Source: Phallusia mammillata (taxonomy: Eukaryota). From it: 64,000 nt of DNA. The notes under the pieces were generated by a model. It was given only the letters and a program-made list of their open reading frames with translations. It did no database searches and had not been told where the DNA came from. The DNA is taken from positions 7,688,001 through 7,752,000 of the forward strand of contig OZ281501.1 of assembly GCA_965637545.1 (NCBI GenBank). The letters are read 5' to 3'. Position 1 is the first letter of the stretch; each line of letters begins with the position of its first letter. Positions 1-10,700 of this stretch are shown in pieces. A program made the translations under genes and the position numbers.

Positions 1-42
1 TTCGGGGTAAAAAAACGTTATACGTCCTTCAAAGCAACCTAC

Positions 43-2979
43 CTTTCCGACTGCGAGACCCCCAGATACAGAACAGACGACTCCAACCACTTTGACAAAC
101 AAGGATTTGAGTCTTACTACATCGGGTACTTTTACTCCGTTCAGGAAACACTTAATCTGAGGAATTCCGCTTCCGCCCGCTACAGGCTGAAATACAGTCG
201 GTCGTTTAACAATTTTGACAAACAAATCTGATAGTTTTTTGTCGTTTTGAGATGGTTTGTGCTAACGATGCACCGAAGTTTCGGTTGGCTGTTGCATTTA
301 GGCCGAATATGCCCCTTTGGCGATGTTAAGTTTTCAGCCCGAATGATTTTAATGTTAGAAATTAACTCACAGATTTTCACACAACTGGTCATCGTATTCA
401 GGTAATAACTAATTGTCTCAACAAATATACAAGGCATGTTGTATATAATGTAAATTATACTTAATGTAGTTTATGCATACTTCATACAAACGTGTTGTAC
501 AATACCAGGGACGGATATAATTGCTTTACCATCATACTTTTTTTTAAATATCCATAAGGTATTCTGTCAAAATTATTTTGCCGTTTCGGGTCGAACGTTT
601 TAGGCGAGGACTTTGGTGCATCACCACATACCATATCGCAAAAGAACTTTTCGATGGGATTATAAATTTTTACACAATCATTTTGGAGTATGTTGGAAGA
701 CCTATGTTGTGTACCCATGCACGTACGAAAGGGGTGAACTATAATAGTTTAGAAATGCGAACAACGAATCTTACCGCAACAAACACAGTCAACAGTGCAG
801 CGATTGATACGATTCCAACATTCATCGCAATCCACAGTAGTAGAGGAACATAAAGACATCTATCTTTCACACATCGAATGATAGCTGAAAAGTAACAACG
901 ATTAATAAATTGGAAATTTATGTTGTTTCGAGGCCAGTTGAAAAAAAAATATCTGGCTTTATTCATAACGCTTTTTGCCGAAACGTGAAGATATTAACGA
1001 ACTTTGGCTTAGACGTGAGATATTTAATACTGCAAAGTATTACCACTTTAGACATGAAAAAATAAAAGTACATGTTAATGTTATTTTGAGTCCGGCTTAA
1101 AACAAGATTTCCTGGCATGGAACTCCGGTTTAGATTTACGACATTTTTGTAAAATCTGATCCAAAATGTGAGACATGCTTTCCACTGAATAAGTATTTAG
1201 ATGTCGAAATTTCGTGAGCGAAAAAAATGCGACATGCGTCATAACTTGGAACCTGTCGGTGTCACGTGTCGTATGCAACATTTGTTTCAAACCGATGACG
1301 CGATTTTGGGTATCGTTACAGGGCAGAAAGGCTATTGTGTGCGACCTTAGTGTCTCAAAGGACAAGATGGTGTACAATCTCACAACACATTTTTCCGCGG
1401 ACATATACCTTTGTGACCTATACTGACCTTTTGCTGGGCGGGTTGCCGGTTTCTATTGTTTCATCTGGCGTGACAATGACATGTTAGGTCGCACAATCAA
1501 CAAGCGAACTGGACAGTTTGTCGCCCAGTGTCAACTTACACCCAATCAATTATTGTGACAATACACTGTGAAATGACGTGAATACACGGGCTAAGGTTAT
1601 TGATACACTTCTGGTTTCACCTTAAGGAAATCCTACGTGACTGAGAATAGGCAGCAACTAAAGTGAGCATTGCCATTTTCTATTAGATATTAAAAGATAT
1701 ACATTACATGCAAAGGCCATATATATTGTGCAAAACACACATTACCATGACTAAGCCTCTTTGTCGCTAACAAAACAATGCTGCTCACTGGTTTAAACAT
1801 CATTTTTTCAGACCAGGATTAAACTAGTATTATTTTCGTTTAAATGAAGAGTACCAAACTGTCACAAAAAATTCAATTTCTCAATGTTTGAACCTAGAAT
1901 TTTTTTATCTGTTGCAAAAACGTTAAATTGGTTATGAGAAGAATATCTGTGTGGACACATTTGGGCTTTAAACACAGCCCAATAACTATGTAAAGTGTCT
2001 TACCTTCCTCTACCACTGCCATTTTTAAGTCCATAAGCTGCATGATGGTGATGTTTATCACAACAGCAATGAGTCCAGTGGAAATGCCGATCATCATACA
2101 AACTATCCAACGCTGCAACTGAATCCATTTCCAATCCTGTATAAGGATGAAGGATCGTTGTTAATGGTAAAATGCCATTTCACTGACCTAAGTTTAGTAG
2201 CTCTAGCAACTTTTAAAACCTGGAAAAAACATTAGGCAATACAAAAAGTAACATACTGCAATATACTACCTGCTAGATTAATTTATAATAAGTGCTTAAA
2301 AAGCAGATGCATTATGTGTTTTTATTTCTAACAGGATAAAGTGAAAAAAACTTACTGAGTAAGTCATTTTCCTCTCCTCTTCAATGTGAAGTTCATTTTC
2401 AATGTTATCGTAGTCCAATGCCTGATAAGAAAGACAAGTAGTTATCAAACACAGATTAAAATGCCAAAGTTCAGCAAAAATACAACAGAAATTTTATGAG
2501 ACAAGTTAATGTCAAACACTTTGAAACAAATACCTCAAAATCCACTGCTTTTCTTTGTCGAACAGCATTGGCAACCTGCAAATATATAGGATAAGTTATT
2601 GACAAATAACATAAAACTGCATCAACCAGCTATGTGAACAACTGCTGGCATTTTATGTTTTTCAATTCCATTGTTTAAAACTGCATAACATACACAGTAA
2701 CTTTAGTGTACTGGCTTTTAACTTATTTCTACTATATAGGGGTAATTAAAAAGTACAACGCATTATTTTTACATCATCAACATCTTCTTTCACTGATTGA
2801 TTTGAGTCAATAAAAACAGTGTGCGTTGATTTTAATCCACTTCCACGACTGATACTGCTAACACTTGATTTAAACTCTTCATGTACATTTTCTTCACTGC
2901 CAATGTGCAAAAGATTGTCACTTTCGCTGCCAGTTGGGGAATGGTTTATCCCTGTTGTGGACGTTCCAACATCCATCAT
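43..2979 (-). CDS. CLCN7: CLC-7 (H+/Cl- exchange transporter 7), 5' part; coding exons 2979-2773, 2575-2534, 2421-2356, 2136-2004, 884-775, 186-43; gene continues beyond the window start
   Basis: Manual splicing with GT-AG sites and consistent phases (0,0,0,1,0,0) gives ...[49 protein letters not shown]...[71 protein letters not shown]. This contains the CLC GSGIP signature and matches CLC-7 (SLDYDNSEN...EEERR; [21 protein letters not shown]...GGLAVGKEGP). The N-terminus has a [DE]xxxLL motif (ESDNLL). Confidence 0.95.
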
Positions 2980-3546
2980 ATATGCATTTAAATCTTACTT
3001 CGTAAAAGCAAATTAAGCATCGGTTGATGAGACTTTGTTGCTAAAAATAAAACATCTACTTTATTTAGCATAGATTAAGAGCAGATGCAATAACCAAGAC
3101 AGACATTAAACTACACAAGAACCGTAATTATAAAGTTTTTGTTTAAATAATAATATTACACTTGAGAAACACTTTTCCACTATTTTTTTGTTTAAAAAGA
3201 GAGGTTGTGCCCCTTGCTGATTGAAAGTACTTATTTTAAAAACATTATGATTTACTTTAGGATGAAACTTAATTAAACTGAAAAACTGATTAGACATGTC
3301 AGAAATTGCAACTGTGATTAAACTAATCTGCGCTTGCGCTGCTAAATATATATGGACTACTTTAAAATTGTCTATAAAATTGCACTGCCAGTCAGTTCTG
3401 ATTTGTAGTGGCTTTCAAAATGAACAATTTTTCACAATTAAATGGTCTCTGTTACCAAATAACTACACAAATAATTCTAAAGTTCAAAACAACAAACCAA
3501 ACCAGCTAAATAAAGTCTCTCGCTTGTGTGAAAAAGTTGCACATAC

Positions 3547-3850
3547 GTTGGGGAACCCCCAACTAATCACATGACGAAAATACTTCGAGAAGTTGTTCGT
3601 GAAAGGGGAAAACAAAACATTCTAAACACCAAAACGCAATTGCCAATCTGTGGCTAGACTTGTGTAAAAGGTTGCAACGCTTGTTAAACTTCAAAAAGTG
3701 AAAAATAAACTTGAATAACCGTCCCACACAATACATCTTGTGTATTTTATCGACGGTAGAAACGTATAGCTTTTACCGCTATACGGCGGAAAAGATGCGC
3801 AACTCAAAAATCGGTTGTCTTGAAACCGTTTGATCTGCGGTTAATTGTTA
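3547..3850 (-). promoter_or_regulatory. Probable CLCN7 promoter / non-coding first exon
   Basis: Minus-strand donor GTATGT at 3546-3541 pairs with acceptor TTTTATTTTTAG before 3040, upstream of the ATG at 2979. M-box GTCATGTGAT at 3575-3566; E2F-like GGCGGAAA near 3786. The upstream boundary is a guess. Confidence 0.4.
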
Positions 3851-4352
3851 GAAAAATATAGCCCAATAGACACTAAAAATTATTTAAGACATAGCACCCA
3901 CTCATAACATCAAACATTTGTTTATGCAACAAAATCGTAGGCAAACTGACATTTAATTTTCTTTTATTTATTGCTGTAAAATCTCTGAAAACATCGTTCA
4001 TATTTGTTGAAGCAAAATTGTTCGCAGGTGCTATCAAGGCGACTAACGTAATTTAAACCCGTTTAGTCCCACAGTTTGTGAGCCTGAAGTATGATGGATC
4101 TATGCGCGCCAACGTTTTGTTTGTTCTGTGGTCATGGGTTTAGTCAAAACTCCTAAATTGTCAGATTGAAAGAGTTTTCCAGAAAAGGGAGTCGAGTAAT
4201 TGGCAATAAGTTGGTTTGTGCAGCTCGAAGAAGTAGCTATTACCACAGAACTGTAGTCTAAATATGTGTCTTTATATTTTCTTTGTGAACATTACAATTG
4301 GGATATTTAGCCTACCTGCGATATAACTTCTCAAAAATGGTTCAGTGTATTT

Positions 4353-4878
4353 CAGACTTGGACAACTAGATAATTCTAGTTGTCTAGTTGAGCAAATTAG
4401 AGCAAAATGGCGGTAATTGTAGTTCTAATCTAATTTAGAATTATCGAGTAAGCTCCAATTCTAATTCTAATCTAATTCACAGTTTTCCCAAAATTGCTAG
4501 TTTGTCCAACGGCACTTTTAGGCATGTGATCTGAGCATGCATTTTTTAACCATAACGCACAAAACCATCCAATTAACAAGACCAAACTACATCACTGAAA
4601 CACGTTTATCAGTGAAATTTGGCACTCAGCTCCGTTTAAACACGTTTTAGACGCACCGAATCGTATTGTTTTAAATGTGCAAATCTACAAGTTTAAATTT
4701 GAAACAAACTAAAGTTGATTGGCTTAAATCTAATTCTAGTTTGAATTCTAGTTTAATTTCTAGATTTTGAGAAAATTCTAATTCTAATTCTAATCTAATT
4801 TGCAAAAAAAGGAGATGCTCTAATTTTAATTCTAATCTAATTTGAAAAACCGAAAAAAAATCTAGTTGTCCAAGTCTG
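4353..4878. mobile_element. hAT-superfamily MITE (526 bp)
   Basis: Perfect 18-bp TIR CAGACTTGGACAACTAGA (4353-4370 / 4861-4878), perfect 8-bp TSD GTGTATTT (4345-4352 / 4879-4886), internal AATTCTAATTCTAATCTAAT repeats, no transposase. Confidence 0.9.
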
Positions 4879-6205
4879 GTGTATTTAGCCTGATAATTAA
4901 TCAGTCGGCGATTATCAATGCAATGCAAAGTCATGTGAAGGGACAAATTTTCTTTCAGTCAAACCCAAGACCAGAGGCAAAAACATGTTCAGTGTCCTAC
5001 CTATGGCTGTAGACCACTTTTGTAGTCTCAAGGTAAATTGTCTAGACTATTTGCGGTTACTCAGTAGGCTACAAAACCACACAATTAGCTGCAAGCACAC
5101 ACTGATACTGCCGTTCTTAATTACAGTGCACAGTCGAGATGCACGACCTGTATCTGTTTTTAAAGTCAAATTCATACAGTGCGACATGAATAACATGTTA
5201 GAATACCAAAACTTGCCCGGGTGTGAATACATATCGATTCACTTTTTGCTTGTTGTTTTCTCATTGTTTCTATTTTTGTGGGATCGAATCAATCGTTTTA
5301 AGCGAAATAAATCAAATAATACTGTCCCTATTAGACTCAAAAATGTTCAGTGTTTTGTGTAAGAAGCTGATTCGTTTATTCACCACTGCAGTCTTGCTAA
5401 TTGTAACGTTTATTTTAGGCCTATACGTATTTTTTGACTTATAAGCCACGAAACAAAACACTATCTCCCAGTAAGAATAGTTTCTAATAGGCAGGTTGCA
5501 AAATTAAACGAATATTTGTGCAAATCTTGGTGGTTTCGAATCCACAAACAATTTATGCGATTCCGCTGCCCAATAATTGTGTTCCCGGCGTTCTGGTTCA
5601 CCGGGCAAGCAACTGCGAATGAACTCGTCTGGCCAAACGTTATTTCAGCTCTGCTCAGCAGCATACAAGAGTTGATCAGTGCAGTTTGTTGGAAATTTAA
5701 ATAGCTAGGTTTCCTTTAAGTCTTTTTTTAAAGCGCTATCTTTGTCAATTTCGACTCTGTTATCAAACTACGTTATTCAGATGTATTGATATGACCGCAT
5801 CAAAACATGATGTGACATGCATGAAACACATGTGTTTTGACGTTGCATCGTTAATTTGCAATTCGTCTGTATGCGTACGTGACTTTGATCAGAATAACAA
5901 GCGCATTCATGATTAAGGTGATAGGTACGACCGAGCTGAGGAAAACAATGTGAAAAATGCTTGTTTTGTTTTCATTTTTAAGGGTTGCCGTCAAAAATAC
6001 TCATAAAATTTCATTTTTTGCTGACTGATGCAAATGTAGTCAGAAACAAAAAAACAATGAACATTACTGAATTGTACAGTTCAGATTGAAAGTGTTTATT
6101 TATTTATTATTATTATCTCAACAATCTGTAGGTATCTCTTGCTTTGTGTAGTAACTTTGGTCGTTGGTGTGATAACAGTATAAGGTTGATTTGATTAACA
6201 TTAAA

Positions 6206-7123
6206 ATGGACAACTTGGTTGAATCTCTTGGAGCATCCTTCCAGGTGTCCAAAACTTCCAACAACATTTATGCTAATCACCCACGTTTCGACCAGTACAA
6301 ACAAAAAACTGCAAAGAGTTCTGACCAAAATGTACGCCGAGAAAAGTTTTTAGCCAAACAGAAAGAGCGAAGATTCAATTATCAAAGTCATGTCCGTTGC
6401 TTAGCTTTGGATGAATGGGACAGTGAAGAAGATGACTCAAATTTAAGTGACTCTGAAATGGACACTTCAGAAACAGTCCAAAAGCCACCAAAGCGATACA
6501 AGGATCAACTAATGCTGTCTGAGTGGTTAGTCGAGGTACCCAGTGATTTTGAGCAAGAATGGGTGATGCGTATTTGTCCATTGGGCCGGAGAAACTTGGT
6601 TGTTGCATCAAGAAATCGTACATGTGCCTATTCAAAGAGTGGCTACTGTGTGAACACATTTGCATCAGCATTGCCGGGTGGTAGTTATGATACAAACTCA
6701 GGCTACACCGTTCTTGACTGTGTTTTTAATGAAATTGACAAAACCTTTTATGTCTTGGATGTTATGTGCTGGAATAACCATCCAATGTATGATAGCGAAA
6801 CTGAATTTCGACTTTTTTGGCTTCATGGCAAACTCTCAGAAACACCTGAGCTTGCAGAGTTGACCCCAAACAACTCTTTTAAATTTGTTGTAGTTCAAAA
6901 TTACCCTTGTCACAAAGAATTCATTTCTTCAGCTCTATCAACCACCGACATTGACAAAGTTGATGGTCTTTTGTTTTATCATAAGCGGACCCATTATACA
7001 TTTGGTGCAACCCCTTTGGTTACATGGTTAAAAGTTCACATGTTAAAAGATATCTTAGGAATACCTCCCCCTAATACAAAACATGATATTCAAAGAAGTA
7101 AGCTAGAAATGGAGCATAGCTAA
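6206..7123 (+). CDS. SNUPN: Snurportin-1 (m3G-cap snRNP import adaptor), 305 aa, intronless CDS
   Basis: HPRFDQYK and IBB-like RREKFLAKQKERRFNYQSHVRCLALDEW; QLMLSEWLVEVPSDFEQEW...CPLGRRNLVVAS...SKSGYCVNTFASALPGG; LDCVFNE...YVLDVMCWNNHPMYDSETEFRLFWL; DGLLFYHKRTHYTFGATPLVTWL. These are colinear with vertebrate snurportin-1. ATG at 6206, TAA at 7121-7123. Confidence 0.96.
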   Translation: MDNLVESLGASFQVSKTSNNIYANHPRFDQYKQKTAKSSDQNVRREKFLAKQKERRFNYQSHVRCLALDEWDSEEDDSNLSDSEMDTSETVQKPPKRYKDQLMLSEWLVEVPSDFEQEWVMRICPLGRRNLVVASRNRTCAYSKSGYCVNTFASALPGGSYDTNSGYTVLDCVFNEIDKTFYVLDVMCWNNHPMYDSETEFRLFWLHGKLSETPELAELTPNNSFKFVVVQNYPCHKEFISSALSTTDIDKVDGLLFYHKRTHYTFGATPLVTWLKVHMLKDILGIPPPNTKHDIQRSKLEMEHS

Positions 7124-7735
7124 AACCATCTATTGTACGTTGTCTGTAGCATCAATATTCTTTCCTGACAGGGGCCAAACTTTTAGGAAATTACCTTTCT
7201 TCATTAATGTCACAAAAGTTTTGTATTGATGTTTCCAGACCTAAGCAAACTAGACTATGTTATTTCAGCATGTGTATTCAATAGTCTACGCTTGTGGCCT
7301 AGAAACCTGACTTTCACTTTGCTGTCAATTGGTTTTATTATTTGACAGTCTGCCAGCTGCTTTCACAATGGATAAAACTAAACCCACAGTAGCAAATGGG
7401 TAAGAATAAACATGTATTTTGTACATAACCTATACAGCATGTCAAAAGTTTTTTTTTGTGTGTATAAATTTCATTTACAAAGTATACCGACAACTTTTAA
7501 TATATCAGTTTAGAAGTTGGATCTTAGTCCTACTGGTCTAAACCCAATATTTACTCCATGTAATGTCACTGAATGCTAATAACCAGACCACTAAAAATAT
7601 CCTTCAAGTGATCTTTGCCATAAATGTTAAATCTATATTTATCACAACTTGTTGATGTCAATATTTCGACCCAACCTACTTTAATTATATTGTCAAGTAT
7701 ATATATGGTGAATTATTATTGTTGCCGTGTTTTAG

Positions 7736-10700
7736 TGGTTTTGTGCCAACAACTTTACAACGTAACACTTCTTTGGAAAGCCAAGCAACAACCATAGAAG
7801 GTTCACCATCGCCTGGTTTGCTTCCCTCTTCACCACAAAGCATGCAGTTTTATCCGTCAACCCAACAACAGGTTTAGCGGCCTAGTTTAAATATAACACA
7901 GACATTAAACCTTTAGTGTTAATGTCACCGATTTAACACTGACCTTTAAAATACTTAGGTTTAACCTATTTGGACATTTTTGCAGTGTATTTTTACTGTT
8001 TAACCTTTTGGGTGTAGTCAATTCCAGATAGATGTGTTAAATTATGTTTGTACATGTTGTCAAGGTCAACATAGACTGGCCAACAATACTAATTAAAGTC
8101 TAGCTTATATAAATACTAATTTAGTTCACAAAAAATTCCACTTTGTTGTAAATATTCATGGTTTTCTTGACTATAGATGGTAAATCAACTTGGACAACAT
8201 GCTGCTTTTAATCCATCATTTTTGGATGCAATAAAGGGGGACAAAAAGATGTTTTCCTATCCTTTTTACCCAATCCATACATCCAATGGAGAAACAACTA
8301 TGGACCCAGCAACGGCTAGTGTTGCAAGATCAATAGCTACAGCAGCAGTCCCAACTTCAAATGGATACCATAACCCGCTGATGGGTCCAGCATTTGGGAA
8401 TATGACAGGCATGCCCTCAGTGCCCTATAGTCATCCAGGTGAGTAAGACCACTTTGTCAAATTTATTCACTGAAACAAGGTCATGTTTTGATATGTCACA
8501 TTCATGTTTTGATATCTGCTATAATGTATGTGCTGCTGTTATGATTCCACAAGCAAGGGTTTAACTTTATCTTTGTGTGTATTGAAGTGCGTATAAAGGT
8601 GTCTTTTTTAAACTCTACCATAATTACCCATCAGAAATCAATTAAAATTATACTACTCACCTAAACAGAAAATTCAAGGTTTACTTGATACTGTATAACC
8701 TTTGTGCATACTGACTATCAAATCTATGCTTAGGGTGTTTTATATTTGCTATATATATATATTAAATGTGTATACAGGTATATCCACTTTCTACTGTAGT
8801 TTATTTGTGACAGCGTGACCTTTTTAGGTCTGTATATTGTTTCCACTTCACATCACTTGATGTCACGGCTAATTATTGCCACAGCTGTAAAATGATTGTG
8901 GTACTTATCATTCATATGTCGGACAATTTCTAGCACCCATATAATTCTTCATTATAAGTTAATACCATTGCTAAATGTAAATATGATGTCAACTGTTGTA
9001 ATGTACTCTCTTGCAAAATGGGACTTTTGTACAAGAAAAAATCTGATTAAATACTATATGCCAGGCCTATTAAAGGCGTTATTCCGAATCAATTATTTTA
9101 AATGTCCGTACTTAACTTCTGCTTTTGAGAGCATCAACAATTTGTTTATTCCAAAATTCTTATGTTTTTATTTACTGTCAACAGACATCCAGGGGTTCTT
9201 TATAAATGCTGCAGCCCAGGCTATCAGTGCAGCTCTCAAACCCCTTTCTTTATCCCCACCTGCAACAGCCACAACCCAACGAATGGGAGTTAAATGGCAA
9301 CACACCTCATCAAACAGTGACACCCAATCTGCATCCAATAAACGTCTGTGTATGGAACAAACTCAAACAGGTAAGGTTAACAAATGATTGTCACAAAAAA
9401 GAGTAAAAAAATACCAACCGTGACAATTGTTTGCTGTATAAGTTCTTTAATACTTAATTAATTGACTTTTCTAGTCAATGTCTTGTGTTTTTTTGGGTGG
9501 TAATGTTTTTGTTGTATTCATTTTTCTGTTGTTGAGGATTTTTTTAAGGAATTTCAGAAATAATTTATATTTGCTACCAGGACTTGCTTTTTGTGGCTAA
9601 AGATACTTCTTAAGCTTTATGTCAAAAAAACATCATCTTGGCACAATTGAAAGGTCAACGCAATGAAGTCATAAGTTAATGAGTTTGCAGATGTGCTTTG
9701 CAGCAGACAGACAGTAGACCTCAGTCAAGAAAATGTCACCTTTATGTTGGTTGCAAGCCGCCAGGCAAGCGTTTAGCTACAAAACTGTTGCGAAGATGGT
9801 CAATGCCCAAGGGCGATTCTTGCATCTCTTGTATTTGATGCCCACACGACACTACACCGTAAATTGGTTTTATCTTGAAATCTGTGGAAGCCACAGCAGG
9901 TGTGCTTGCTGGCCTTGTGTGTTGTGATTTGTTAAAATCTCACACAGTCAACGCGTAAATCCGTACAAACTGCCGCTGTGTGCATCAATTTTCCGTGTAA
10001 TTGGCCCCATTGTAAAAGCTTATTCCATCGTGTCAACTTGTTTAATTTTGTGTGGCGTGTAGCCATGGTCTTTACTCAGGTGGTTTGGCGTTCAACACTC
10101 TAAAATGTACAGGAAAAATGTCAAAGTGTCTGCAACAAGTAGCGTACGTGACTGTGACGGAATAAAGGTTTGCCTTCTATTCCCAGAATAAAAACAATAG
10201 AGTTTAAAGGGCTGTTTTCATCATCATTTATTACAGTGGCCTGATAATGACCCCAACATAATGTGTCGTTGATTCTAGGTTAAACAAAAACTTTTGTTTT
10301 CCGCAAAGTCCTCTAAGGTATAACCCACACAAAAGAATTAAAACTTTGGCCCTGGACCGAACGTGGTTGGTACTTTATGCAACATGTATTGGTAGATCGT
10401 TAATACAAAAAAGTACAAAAAATACCTAAACCTTCAAAGGGGTCCGCAACTAGCTTACAGCATCGAAAAGGGTCCGCAAATGCAAAGAGGTTTAGAGTCA
10501 CTGCTCCAATGTTGAAGTTAACGTTACCATAAGACTGGGACTCAAGATGAGCACAAACGTAAAAGCGCTACACCTATTTAACCGTAATTTGGATTTACAT
10601 AGAGCATCGATAAGGGCTTTTTTGAGTCCCCATGGATCTGCATAACGGACCCCTTCGGGACCCATTACCTCACTTTATGGACCTCAGATCTACAAGACAA

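Noticed and set aside
4901-5704. Long open frame with a TM-like stretch (4985-5362) and exon-like pieces (4959-5031, 5495-5704)
   Set aside because: Could not assemble a coherent spliced gene or recognise a product; may be UTR exons or chance. Needs RNA-seq.
8177-8438. Weak resemblance of QHAAFNP / MDPATASV to the muscleblind C-terminal region (QHTAFLP / MTPATSV)
   Set aside because: Low-complexity match only; no CCCH zinc-finger exons found upstream in the window.
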